In this document: positions 1 through 8,785 of the stretch, in pieces
Layout of the letters: each line of letters opens with the position of its first letter
How positions within the stretch are numbered: position 1 is the first letter of the stretch
NCBI GenBank assembly: GCA_013287775.1
Contig: JABDDE010000001.1
Coordinates: forward strand, 7,245 to 71,244
Reading direction: 5' to 3'
DNA length: 64,000 bases
Origin: Chlamydiota bacterium
GTDB lineage: Bacteria > Chlamydiota > Chlamydiia > Chlamydiales > FEN-1388
The notes under the pieces: model-generated
The model's input: the letters and a program-made list of their open reading frames with translations, nothing else
Database searches by the model: none
What the model was told of the DNA's origin: nothing
Made by a program: the position numbers and the translations under genes

Positions 1-77
1 CAAGGCAATTGGCACTGTTTCCACAAGCAACAAAATGGATATGTGTCATATACAGGCGAGCCGACATATCACGCCCT

Positions 78-104
78 GTGCAAATTTTCCTGACGGAACT
101 TTGC
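78..104. repeat. PE-1 hairpin element, degenerate copy
   Basis: gtgcaaattttcc tgac ggaactttgc; the left arm matches the PE-1 consensus and the right arm is decayed. Confidence 0.5.
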
Positions 105-117
105 TTCCCCACGCTGT

Positions 118-529
118 CATCAGGCTAAGGTCATGATTCTCACAGGCTTTGGTACATTTTTTTAACAGGGAGAGCTTCAGGAGAGAGCTTGTCAGAGGCG
201 TGTGGGGTGCTAAAGGCATTGATAATAAAGGTCTGGGCAGAGAGATTAGAGAGAAAGCTAAGGGATTATTATGGGTTTATAAGAAGCACTAAAAATGCAT
301 CGAACATCCCAAACCGTTGCTGGTCTCTGCAGCTCTCTCTCTAAAAAAAGCAACCCAGGTCATAACCACCAACACCCCAAACACCCCTAACGCCTCTGAC
401 AAGCTCTCTCTGCAGCTATTCTCCTGTGGCTCTCCCTGTAAAAAAAAGCAACCAGGGCTTGTATTAGCTATAACGTTGCTATGCTAACATCCTTAGCCTG
501 AGCCTGATGCGTATGCCGCTACCACAGCG
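118..529. mobile_element. Family-3 foldback (MITE-like) element, copy 1
   Basis: Outer ends catcaggctaagg (118-130) and ccttagcctg..ctgatgcgtatgcc (491-517) are inverted. Inner arms at ~157-211 (tttttttaacagggagagc..gagagcttgtcagaggcgtgtggggtgct) and ~373-447 are complementary. The same arms recur at 37428-37883 (opposite orientation), at 32006-32223 and in the arrays at 39745-41010. It has no ORF. Confidence 0.6.
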
Positions 530-560
530 CGAAACTGTTATAATCCTGTTTCTTGATTAA

Positions 561-599
561 CATGATGTGCCATTCTCCAAAGGAGAATGGCACATCATG
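561..599 (-). terminator. PE-1-variant perfect hairpin abutting the Rieske gene stop; probable terminator
   Basis: catgatgtgccattctcc aaa ggagaatggcacatcatg forms an 18-bp perfect stem and ends 1 nt before the stop at 600-602. The arms resemble the PE-1 copy at 45775-45813. Confidence 0.6.
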
Positions 600-905
600 T
601 TAATCAATGATCAAGAAGGGCTGCTCCCCTTCCATTTCAATAGGGTAGCTTTGCACGCCTTCATTCCACAAATTTTGATTCTGCCCCGTGGTGATATCGA
701 ACTGCCAGCCATGCCACGGGCATGTGACAGTAGTGTCATCAAGGCTGCCTTCCCCAAGAGGGCCGCCTTCATGGGGGCAGATGTTGTCAATAGCATAAAG
801 CGTGCCTTTGTAGGTAAACACTGCCACCTCACGCCCATCTTCTAAAAGAAGCCACGTGCCTTTTCCTTCATCTGGAATTTTATTTTTTGGTATTGGAATT
901 CTCAT
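600..905 (-). CDS. Rieske [2Fe-2S] domain protein (NirD / small Rieske ferredoxin-like)
   Basis: 101 aa with both Rieske boxes, CPHEGGPL and CPWHGWQF; ATG start. Confidence 0.85.
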   Translation of the reverse strand: MRIPIPKNKIPDEGKGTWLLLEDGREVAVFTYKGTLYAIDNICPHEGGPLGEGSLDDTTVTCPWHGWQFDITTGQNQNLWNEGVQSYPIEMEGEQPFLIID

Positions 906-956
906 GTATAATTCTCATGGATTATAATAAATTATTTGTGTTAGGATGCGGTTTCA

Positions 957-993
957 GGGGTCGTTAAGAAATACCTCGTACATTAACGACCCC
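957..993. promoter_or_regulatory. Inverted repeat in a divergent promoter region
   Basis: ggggtcgttaa-N15-ttaacgacccc lies between divergent genes. The core gttaagaaatacctcgtacatt recurs at 22220-22241 and ttaacgaccc at 22372-22381. Confidence 0.4.
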
Positions 994-1012
994 TTGTGGA
1001 GTATTTTTGTGT

Positions 1013-1498
1013 ATGGACCCTGAGTATAAAAATAATGATACTGCTGGATCGACTCCAGTGACACCCGTGCTACAGAACATTGTACGACAACTTGAAGATC
1101 TTGTACACATTCTCGTCACATGCGAGAAAAAAGAGCTTGCAGAAGGAGTGTCGTTTGAAATGGTGAACAAGCAGCTAGCACAAATACGCCAAGATCTCGA
1201 TCGCTTACATGAAATGTATCTTGAAACGCTCAGGCTTTTATCGCTGAAAGAAAGCGATATTCAGGAGCAACTAAAAACCCTACCCGAGCACAAAGAAGAA
1301 AGACGGTTATTTGAAACCCTGGAGCGGCTTAAAAAAACGGCAGAAGAAGGGCGTGAGAGAGCTTTTCGTGCTATGCAGGGCAATACTGCAGCTACAAAAC
1401 AAGCAAAAGAATTTTTTCTTGATGAAAAGCGAAAAAAAAGGTACAGAAAGGGAAAATTTAAATCGGTTGGTGGTAAAGAAGGATGGATACCGACGTAA
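1013..1498 (+). CDS. Hypothetical coiled-coil protein with a basic C-terminus
   Basis: First ATG of the 1007 (TTG) ORF. It has heptad-like E/L/K-rich sequence and a tail KRKKRYRKGKFK. I recognise no family. Confidence 0.5.
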   Translation: MDPEYKNNDTAGSTPVTPVLQNIVRQLEDLVHILVTCEKKELAEGVSFEMVNKQLAQIRQDLDRLHEMYLETLRLLSLKESDIQEQLKTLPEHKEERRLFETLERLKKTAEEGRERAFRAMQGNTAATKQAKEFFLDEKRKKRYRKGKFKSVGGKEGWIPT

Positions 1499-1556
1499 TT
1501 CAGGTTGCAAAAAAGTGAATTATGGTGTAAAATAATAATTTATCAAGGTGTGTATC

Positions 1557-2966
1557 ATGCAAATACTACATGCGCTGCTTGGTTTTTTACAACCAGCGCC
1601 TTATAAAGATGAGATTGAAGACAAAAATGTTGTGAAGAAAGAGTATACCTATTGGCGGTATAGAGTCTTTTTTTCGATGTTTTTCGGGTATGCGCTGTAT
1701 TACTTTACCCGCAAAGGGCTTTCGATCATCATGCCGACCCTTATTGCGGACTTGCAGTTCGATAAAAGTGACCTTGGGCTTGTGAGCTCTGTGTGGGCCA
1801 TTTCCTATGGAGTAAGTAAGTTTGTATCTGGCGTGCTGGGTGATAAATCCAATGCGCGCTCCTTTATGGCCTTTGGGCTGGCAATCACTGGGCTTTGTAA
1901 TATCTTATTTGGCCTATCATCATCACTTTCTTTCTTTATGCTGTGTTGGGCGTTGAATGGTTGGTTCCAAGGCTTTGGCTGGCCATCGTGTGCAAGGCTG
2001 CTGACCCATTGGTATTCTCAGTCGGAGCGCGGCAAATGGTGGGGATTTTGGAACGCTTCTCATAACATTGGAGGGGCAATTATTCCCTTGGCAACTGCCT
2101 ACTTTGCCTATCATTATGGCTGGCGCACAGCGATGATTCTTCCTGGCGTGATCAGCATGGCCATGTCAGTTGTACTACTCAAGTGCCTCTGCGATACACC
2201 GCAATCACTGGGACTGCCGCCTATTGAAAAGCACCGAAATGATTACCCCTCAGGACAGGCGAAAAATGAAAAAGAGCATGAACTCACTGTAAAGGAAATT
2301 CTTTTTAGCTATGTACTCAATAATCCCTACATATGGCTCTTGGCAGTTGGCTACTTCTTTGTCTACATCGTGCGCCATGCAGTTGGAGAGTGGTCACTTC
2401 TCTATCTAGTAGAGGCGAAAAATTATACGACCATAGAAGCGAGTAGAGTGGTGTTTTGGTTTGATATTGGCGGTATGTTTGGGGGCCTCGCTGCTGGCTG
2501 GATGTCAGATAGCTTGTTCTCAAGTAAGCGCGCCCCTTCGATGATTTTCTTCGCCATCGCTACAGCTGCTGTCTTACTCGGCATGTGGTTTTGCCCGGTT
2601 GAAGTATATATACTGGATGCGATTCTTTTGTTTGCTGCGGGCTTTTTTATATTTGGCCCACAAATGCTCATTGGTATGATGGCTGCTGAGATAGCGCACA
2701 AAAAAGCAGCAGCAACAGCAAGTGGCTTTACCGGCTGTGCTGCCTATCTAGGAGCTGCTGTCGCAGGCTTTCCTCTTGGCTACCTTCTGCAGAACTTCGG
2801 CTGGACTGCATTTTTCTTGGCACTCAGTGTGTGCGGCTCTATAGCGGCGCTCCTGCTCATGCCCCTCTGGAATATCAAATCGAGAGAAGACTGTCTTGCA
2901 AAAGAAGAGCCCGCGTCAATTTCAGAGACTATAGAACAAGAAGTAGACGCGCGTCCTGCGAGCTAA
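1557..2966 (+). CDS. uhpC: MFS organophosphate:Pi antiporter, hexose-phosphate transporter UhpC/GlpT family
   Basis: YWRYRVFFSMFFGYALYYFTRKGL..DLGLVSSVWAISYGVSKFVSGVLGDK is the typical UhpC/GlpT N-terminus. About 12 TM segments. ATG at 1557 follows the GTG at 1548. Confidence 0.85.
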   Translation: MQILHALLGFLQPAPYKDEIEDKNVVKKEYTYWRYRVFFSMFFGYALYYFTRKGLSIIMPTLIADLQFDKSDLGLVSSVWAISYGVSKFVSGVLGDKSNARSFMAFGLAITGLCNILFGLSSSLSFFMLCWALNGWFQGFGWPSCARLLTHWYSQSERGKWWGFWNASHNIGGAIIPLATAYFAYHYGWRTAMILPGVISMAMSVVLLKCLCDTPQSLGLPPIEKHRNDYPSGQAKNEKEHELTVKEILFSYVLNNPYIWLLAVGYFFVYIVRHAVGEWSLLYLVEAKNYTTIEASRVVFWFDIGGMFGGLAAGWMSDSLFSSKRAPSMIFFAIATAAVLLGMWFCPVEVYILDAILLFAAGFFIFGPQMLIGMMAAEIAHKKAAATASGFTGCAAYLGAAVAGFPLGYLLQNFGWTAFFLALSVCGSIAALLLMPLWNIKSREDCLAKEEPASISETIEQEVDARPAS

Positions 2967-2967
2967 G

Positions 2968-5250
2968 ATGCACACTTTTGAAAGAAATTTAGGCTACTTT
3001 CAGAAGCTGAATCCGCGTGCAGCGGCGCTTCTTTCGTGTGCAAACACAGAACATCTGCAATTTTGCCACACACAAAAAGGTGAGCTGAATCTCGTCGATA
3101 CTCGAATACATCGCACATACCACGACCCAAAAGGGGCTTTGGATGAGGCTATAAAGACTGCCCAAGCTTTTAAGCTTCCCCACCACTATCTGTGCATATA
3201 TGGCGTGGGGCTGGGGTTTCTCTATCAAGCGCTCTCACAGTGGCTGCATGAAGATGAGAGACGTCTTCTTATTATCTTGGAAGATGATTTAGCCGTTATT
3301 TCGCGATTTTTGGAAACCAAAGCAGCGAGTGAGCTACTACTAGACAAGCAGGTATTTCTATACTATTTTGAACATGGCGAGCATTCTGAGTATATTGCGC
3401 AGAGTATTGCGTGGATCACATTTTCAGAGCCTTTAGTTTTCTATGCATCTCCTGTCTATCGTGAAAGGCAGGCATTTGAGGAGATAGAAAAAGTACTGCT
3501 GAATGAGCAAGCAATCGTATATATGATTCTGGGGGAATATGAGATGCTTGGCTGCCCCTTTTTTTGTAATTTTTGGCAAAACCTGCGCCATTTACCGCAT
3601 TCCTATAATGCTGCAGACCTTTTTAGAGCCTTTAAAGGCATTCCTGCGTATGTTATGGGAGCGGGGCCATCACTCACAAAGCAGCTCCCTCTTCTTCGCA
3701 CTCTCTCAGATCGCGCCCTTCTTATTGCTGGTGGTTCTGCTATGAATATTGCCTGTGAGGCAGGTTTGCAGCCTCATTTTGGTGGCGGGGTTGATCCTAA
3801 CCCAACACAGTATTTAAGACTGCGGCAGAGTTTAGCAGTGGAGATGCCGTTTTTTTATAAGCTCAGAGTGTGCTCACGCGTTCCAGATATGGTTATGGGA
3901 ACAAAATTCTACCTTAAAGGTGATGATGCGTATGGGCCTGGGACATGGTTTGATAAAACGCTCCGTATTCGGGGCAAAGAATTTGAAGGCGGCTACAGCA
4001 TAGCCAACACAAGTATTGCCCTCGCCCATGCTCTTGGATGCAATCCTATTATCTTGGTTGGCTTTGATCTTGCCCTGACTGAAGATCGTCACTATGCTAA
4101 AGGGGTAGAGCATGATGAAGAGGAGCCTACCATAGTTGCGTGGAAAGATTATCAAGGCAAGCCCACAAAGACACTGTGGAAGTGGGTGATGGAAGCTGAA
4201 TGGATTTCAGACTTTTGTGAAAAGCACCCCTCAGTGCAGTGTATCAATGCCACAGAAGGTGGGCTCTGGATTCCCAATGTCACCCATATGCCACTCCAGG
4301 ATGCTGCCAAAAAGTGGTGCAAAAAGGAATATGACATGCAAGGGCTTGTGCATATGGCTATACAAAACGCATCCCCACTCAAATGTACACATAAGGCAAT
4401 TCAGCGTCATATGGGGCGCATTGTAGATAGCCTAAAAAAAGCGCAGGAGCTACTAGAACACGTTCTACAAGATAGCAGCAAAGTAAAACTACACGATCCT
4501 TTTGATAATCCTGATATTGCGGCTCTCTTTTATCAGCTTCAAGGAGAGCCTGCGTTTTTGGCAGTGCTTCAAGAGTTTTACAAAAAAGAGATGAAAAGGA
4601 TACAAGTGAGATGTGAGTGGTTGCAGCATCCTGGAGTTACAGATTTTGAGAGGAACAAAGCCATTTACAACATGCGCTGCGAGTGTTTTGAGTGTTTATT
4701 GCAAGTGACAAAAATGAATATCTCCATTATTGCAGAAATTCTTATGTCATGTACGAGTTTTCCTGCGGAAAACTCGCACATGACAAAAAATAGCAGCTCA
4801 GGCGATGTGGTAGCGAAACGTGGGGTTGTGTGTCAATATTTCGATGATGGGAAGCTTGCGAGCCAAACAGAATATGCGGAGGGGCGCCGTGAGGGAGAAG
4901 CGTTTTTTTATTCACGAGAGGGAATATGCGTGCGTAAGGCGACATATACACATGGGGTGTTAGATGGCAAGCAGTACTATTACTATCCAGACGGCGTTCT
5001 CAGGGCTGTTGTGGACTATAAAAATGGAGAGCTCGATGGCGAGTACCGTCATTACTATCCTAATGGGAAGATAATGCGCCAAATTTCGTGTCAGGCTGGC
5101 AAGCGTCATGGGCTTGATACGCTATGGGAGCAAGATGGACAAAAGCAAGGTAAAGAGCGGTTTATATTCCGTTATGAGCATGGTGTCTTAACAGAGGAGC
5201 TGCTTGCTGACCGCATTGCAGATGAGTATGATGTTCTTAATATTCTATGA
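2968..5250 (+). CDS. DUF115 (Maf/MptE-like) domain protein fused to C-terminal MORN/YwqK-type repeats
   Basis: VMGAGPSL..LIAGGSAMN..GGGVDPNP is the DUF115 core. The C-terminus has repeated YxxGxLxGxxxxYYPNG units (DGKQYYYYPDGVL, DGEYRHYYPNGKI). A PE-1 hairpin is translated in frame at 4745-4785. Confidence 0.7.
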   Translation: MHTFERNLGYFQKLNPRAAALLSCANTEHLQFCHTQKGELNLVDTRIHRTYHDPKGALDEAIKTAQAFKLPHHYLCIYGVGLGFLYQALSQWLHEDERRLLIILEDDLAVISRFLETKAASELLLDKQVFLYYFEHGEHSEYIAQSIAWITFSEPLVFYASPVYRERQAFEEIEKVLLNEQAIVYMILGEYEMLGCPFFCNFWQNLRHLPHSYNAADLFRAFKGIPAYVMGAGPSLTKQLPLLRTLSDRALLIAGGSAMNIACEAGLQPHFGGGVDPNPTQYLRLRQSLAVEMPFFYKLRVCSRVPDMVMGTKFYLKGDDAYGPGTWFDKTLRIRGKEFEGGYSIANTSIALAHALGCNPIILVGFDLALTEDRHYAKGVEHDEEEPTIVAWKDYQGKPTKTLWKWVMEAEWISDFCEKHPSVQCINATEGGLWIPNVTHMPLQDAAKKWCKKEYDMQGLVHMAIQNASPLKCTHKAIQRHMGRIVDSLKKAQELLEHVLQDSSKVKLHDPFDNPDIAALFYQLQGEPAFLAVLQEFYKKEMKRIQVRCEWLQHPGVTDFERNKAIYNMRCECFECLLQVTKMNISIIAEILMSCTSFPAENSHMTKNSSSGDVVAKRGVVCQYFDDGKLASQTEYAEGRREGEAFFYSREGICVRKATYTHGVLDGKQYYYYPDGVLRAVVDYKNGELDGEYRHYYPNGKIMRQISCQAGKRHGLDTLWEQDGQKQGKERFIFRYEHGVLTEELLADRIADEYDVLNIL
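4745..4785. repeat. PE-1 hairpin element inside a CDS (in frame)
   Basis: tgtcatgtacgagttttcc tgc ggaaaactcgcacatgaca; it reads MSCTSFPAENSHMT in the frame of ORF 2968-5250. Confidence 0.9.
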
Positions 5251-5641
5251 TGACACCTGTGGTATGTGTCAAAAAAGCTGTATTTTTTTTCTCAAGCGCG
5301 ATCAAAAAAGGCGTTTTTTCTTTGCACCACTTGGGGGCACAACTGCAAAGCATGAGCTGAAAGAGTGGCTTACAACACATTCTGGGGTAGATAGCATTGT
5401 ATTTGTAGAAAAGCAGGCTGTAACTCAATCTGTTTATTATTACAGCCGTGCTATCTTTCGAATGCTATGGCAACTAGGAGGTCTCTGGAGTGTTGTAGGG
5501 CTTCTTTCGTTTCTTCCTTCATGGCTTTTGTACCCTGCAGATGTGGTGTATCGCTTTATTGCACGCCATCGACGCAGCGTGTGTCTTTTGCCAAAAGAGA
5601 CTGCGTTTCAGCAAGAGCATAAGGAGCAGTTTTTGCCATAG
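5222..5641 (+). CDS. DCC-family thiol-disulfide oxidoreductase (DUF393)
   Basis: N-terminal FYDDTCGMC motif with ~130 aa and C-terminal hydrophobic segments. ATG at 5222; the track start at 5204 is TTG and lies inside the upstream gene. Confidence 0.75.
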   Translation: MSMMFLIFYDDTCGMCQKSCIFFLKRDQKRRFFFAPLGGTTAKHELKEWLTTHSGVDSIVFVEKQAVTQSVYYYSRAIFRMLWQLGGLWSVVGLLSFLPSWLLYPADVVYRFIARHRRSVCLLPKETAFQQEHKEQFLP

Positions 5642-5646
5642 AGTTT

Positions 5647-5692
5647 CCAGGGCGTTGCCCTTGGCTGTTGCAATTCCAGCCTTTCAGGCTGG
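5647..5692. repeat. PE-2 hairpin pair between convergent genes
   Basis: ccagggcgttgcccttgg ctgttgcaatt ccagcctttcaggctgg; the same module occurs at 8007-8056 and, inverted, at 45978-46063. Confidence 0.7.
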
Positions 5693-6898
5693 CGTCACAA
5701 TCATCGAATTATGCAAGCGGCTCATAGTGTAAGCACTTAGCGCAGCAATTAGGGCGATGTATACACCTGCAACGGGGAGATAGCCTGTTTGTTGGTAGAG
5801 CCATAAGGTAAGTGCAGATACAGGCGCTCCAATACACTGTGAGCTCACTGCAGCTCCTAAGGCAAGCACCATATAGCGGTGCTCAGGGGCTATTTGTTCT
5901 ATTGCCCACGCTTGATAGGGAGCCGCATAGGCGCATCCAAGGGCCATAATAGCCGTGCGAATGAGAAGTGCAGTGGTAAAAGTACTCCCTTCTAGCAGCT
6001 GCAATAAGGGACATATTGCGAGAGCAAGTACAAGAGCGGCCCCCTTCATAAGCCGCTCCTTGCCTATCTTTGCCGCTATATAGCCAAAACCAGGGAGCAG
6101 TAGCATATCTCCTATCAAGAGGAGGGTATTAGCCTGCATAACCTCGGCTTTTTTGATTGATGTCACTAAGGGAATCAGACCATTCATGAGCACAAATACC
6201 GTATCATAGGTCACGTAGGACATACCAGCAACCAGAATAATGGTCATGAAAGAGCGGCGGTTTTGCCATACAACACGAGGTATTTCTTTGTATTTAACCA
6301 CTATATTGTTAGTATTTATATCAATGTGGCGAAATCTGAGGATGATAGCTGGGATAGAGGTAAGGGAGCCGGCCCAAAAAAAGAGGTGCCAGGTATGTTC
6401 TACGGATGTCCAAGCGCTTACTATAGTGATACTTGCTGAGGCAGTTAAGTACCCAATAATCCAGGATGTGTTATACCAACCACTGGCAATGCAGTGATTC
6501 TTTTTTGGGGTTTGCTCGAGGATATAGAGCCCGGCTCCCACTTCTTCGGCAGCGGCAAAAAAGTTTTGTGTCATTTTTATGATGGCCAAGAGGAGCGGGG
6601 CAAGTATCCCTATACTCTGATAGGAGGGAATGCAGCCCAGAGCAAAAGTAGCACACGCAGTGCCAAGTAGCGAATAAAAGAGAGCGTATGAGCGCCCTCG
6701 TGTGTCGCCAAGCCGGCCAAAAAAAATCGACCCCAAGGGCCGTGTAAGCAGGCCAAGCGGGAGTATGGCATAGGTTAAAATGAGGGATGTTACAGGATCC
6801 CCTGCAAAAAAATGCGGGGCAATAAATGGGGCCAGCAATCCAAAGAGCGCCTTATCGTAATGCTCTAAGATATTGCCAATAAAAACAGAAAAACGCAT
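5684..6898 (-). CDS. MFS transporter, metabolite:H+ symporter (MHS, ProP/KgtP-like) family
   Basis: GNILEHYDKALFGLLAPFIAP and GRLGDTRGR motifs with multiple TM segments. ATG at 6898 is preceded by AAGGAG. Confidence 0.75.
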   Translation of the reverse strand: MRFSVFIGNILEHYDKALFGLLAPFIAPHFFAGDPVTSLILTYAILPLGLLTRPLGSIFFGRLGDTRGRSYALFYSLLGTACATFALGCIPSYQSIGILAPLLLAIIKMTQNFFAAAEEVGAGLYILEQTPKKNHCIASGWYNTSWIIGYLTASASITIVSAWTSVEHTWHLFFWAGSLTSIPAIILRFRHIDINTNNIVVKYKEIPRVVWQNRRSFMTIILVAGMSYVTYDTVFVLMNGLIPLVTSIKKAEVMQANTLLLIGDMLLLPGFGYIAAKIGKERLMKGAALVLALAICPLLQLLEGSTFTTALLIRTAIMALGCAYAAPYQAWAIEQIAPEHRYMVLALGAAVSSQCIGAPVSALTLWLYQQTGYLPVAGVYIALIAALSAYTMSRLHNSMIVTPA

Positions 6899-6948
6899 AT
6901 AGCACACTCCTTCCGCTAGTATAATCTAGATCAAGTTGGGAATCTTAG

Positions 6949-6989
6949 GAACATAGATACCTTATGCTATGCATAAGGTATCTATGTTC
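6949..6989. promoter_or_regulatory. 41-bp perfect palindrome in the MFS/rpsD divergent intergenic region
   Basis: gaacatagataccttatgc tat gcataaggtatctatgttc; a consensus TATAAT sits at 6920-6925 on the + strand. Confidence 0.4.
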
Positions 6990-7181
6990 GTAAGAAACCA
7001 GGTAAGGGTTGGTTTATAAAAACCTCTCAGCCCAAAAGGGCACCCCTGGCGCAAAACATGTCCTCAGTATAACAACTTTTGTGGAAAGCAGCAAGCAGCG
7101 TTTAGGAAAATGGCACACAGACGTAATTCCCTCTTGCAAAAAACTCTCGATATGTGAGATATTGGTAGTAATTTTAATTAA

Positions 7182-7223
7182 ACGTCGTGTGCTATTTTCC
7201 GCCAGGAAAATAGCATATGACGT
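7182..7223. repeat. PE-1 hairpin element
   Basis: acgtcgtgtgctattttcc gcca ggaaaatagcatatgacgt, 20 nt upstream of the rpsD ATG. Confidence 0.85.
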
Positions 7224-7243
7224 CTGAAATTTAAGGAGACACA

Positions 7244-7864
7244 ATGGTTCGTTATACTGGCCCTAAGAATCGTGTATCAAGACGATTTGGGATAAATATT
7301 TTTGGCAGAACGCGCAATCCTTTGGTACACAAGCCACATCCAGCAGGGGTGCATGGAGCGAAAAAGAAAAAGAAGTCTGACTTCGGTATGCAGCTTGATG
7401 AAAAGCAAAAGCTGAAAGCTGCATTCGGTATGCTGACTGAAAAGCAGCTCGTCAACTACTACCAAAAGGCGGCGCGCTTTCATAAGAACACAGCTGAGAT
7501 TTTCATGCAAATGCTCGATCTTCGGCTTGATAATGTGGTATATAGGCTTAAGTTTGCCCATACGCAGTTTCAGGCGCAGCAGCTCGTAGCGCATGGACAT
7601 GTGCTTGTGGATGGTCAACGTGTAGATAGACGCTCATTCCAAGTACGTCCCGGCATGGTGGTTTCTATAAAGCCAGCATCTCAGAAGCAAAAAACAATTG
7701 TGGATGCTGTACAAGGGACAAGCCGCTCAGTGCCTTCCTATTTCGAAGTCGATGCTACCAATTTTTCTGGTAAACTTCTTTCTCTCCCACCTATGGCCGA
7801 GATCTCGCTTCCGCTTGAAGTGAATGTGCCTATGGTGTGCGATTTCATTTCGCATAGAGGGTAA
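7244..7864 (+). CDS. rpsD: 30S ribosomal protein S4
   Basis: MVRYTGPKNRVSRRFG..LDNVVYRL..QLVAHGHVLVDG (S4 domain); AAGGAG RBS. Confidence 0.97.
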   Translation: MVRYTGPKNRVSRRFGINIFGRTRNPLVHKPHPAGVHGAKKKKKSDFGMQLDEKQKLKAAFGMLTEKQLVNYYQKAARFHKNTAEIFMQMLDLRLDNVVYRLKFAHTQFQAQQLVAHGHVLVDGQRVDRRSFQVRPGMVVSIKPASQKQKTIVDAVQGTSRSVPSYFEVDATNFSGKLLSLPPMAEISLPLEVNVPMVCDFISHRG

Positions 7865-7874
7865 TATATTTCTA

Positions 7875-8056
7875 CCCAGGGCGTTGCCCTGGGGGTTAGC
7901 ATGTTGCCCTTCAGGCAACAATGTTAGGATCATCACCTGACCCAGGGCGTTGCCCTGGGGGTTAGCATGTTGCCCTTCAGGCAACAATGTTAGGATCATC
8001 ACCTGACCCAGGGCGTTGCCCTGGGCTGTTGCAATTGTTGCCATTCAGGCAGCAAT
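7875..8056. repeat. 66-bp tandem repeat (2.8 copies) of PE-2 hairpin modules
   Basis: The unit cccagggcgttgccctgggggttagcatgttgcccttcaggcaacaatgttaggatcatcacctga occurs at 7875 and 7941, with a variant third unit from 8007. Confidence 0.9.
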
Positions 8057-8170
8057 TTATTCTTTTATTCTTTTCAATTGATTTAAATATTTATTTCATG
8101 ATAAAATCGTTTTTGTAATAAAAAATAAATGAGGTATTTATGAATAATATAGATAGTTTATCAGTAAAAC

Positions 8171-8698
8171 GTGCAGCATATGTTGTTGCTGGCCGCCACA
8201 CTCGGTGGTGTAGGGGGATACTTGCTTGGGCGCGGGGTTCAAGTTATTGTCGAACCCATGATCAGAATGGATCTTGCATATGAGCGTGCCAAGATGCATG
8301 CCAAGATAGATGTAGAAAGAATAAATCCGAATCGTATAATGATGACTCAGGTGATTGGTAACGTAGTGAATACATGGCACTCTTTTGATGATAGAATGAC
8401 TGAAAGAATGTTTGAGTTCGGGGCCAGGGTTTTGGGGGCCGTACCTTCGCTTCTTCCAGGGGCTGGCACAGCAATCGGAGTCGTGGCTGGTGGATATGCT
8501 GGTAACTGTTTATTCGAGGAGCACTATGCTAGAGAATTGCAGGAAAGACAAGATCGCATTTGGGAAAGGCAAGAGCTCATTAGAGAAGAAACAGCAAGAA
8601 ATAATTTCCTCCAAAGTGGTGAACAAAATGCAGTACAAGCACTCAATTCTTTAACACCCGAGCAGCAGCGAGCAAGACGTGCTGTATACGAGGGTTAA
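8171..8698 (+). CDS. Hypothetical protein (N-terminal Gly-rich TM segment, C-terminal coiled coil)
   Basis: 175-aa ORF with a GTG start. A strong GAGG-ATG start at 8140 is in another frame, so a frameshift is possible. Confidence 0.4.
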   Translation: MQHMLLLAATLGGVGGYLLGRGVQVIVEPMIRMDLAYERAKMHAKIDVERINPNRIMMTQVIGNVVNTWHSFDDRMTERMFEFGARVLGAVPSLLPGAGTAIGVVAGGYAGNCLFEEHYARELQERQDRIWERQELIREETARNNFLQSGEQNAVQALNSLTPEQQRARRAVYEG

Positions 8699-8785
8699 GG
8701 CCCAAGTTAAGGCCCAAGGCCTTGCACATGGCGTCAATTATACCAGCCCACCTAAAAGGCGGGCATGGTATAATTACTTCCATAT

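Noticed and set aside
567-845. ORFs 567-845(+) and 611-838(-), overlapping the Rieske gene
   Set aside because: The Rieske frame (600-905, minus strand) has diagnostic cluster-binding boxes. The other frames lack motifs, and one starts inside the terminator hairpin.
7727-8044. ORF 7727-8044(-), with a duplicated QGNALGQVMILTLLPEGQHANP peptide
   Set aside because: It is antisense to the rpsD 3' end and runs through the 66-bp tandem repeat, so the duplicated peptide is just the repeat translated.
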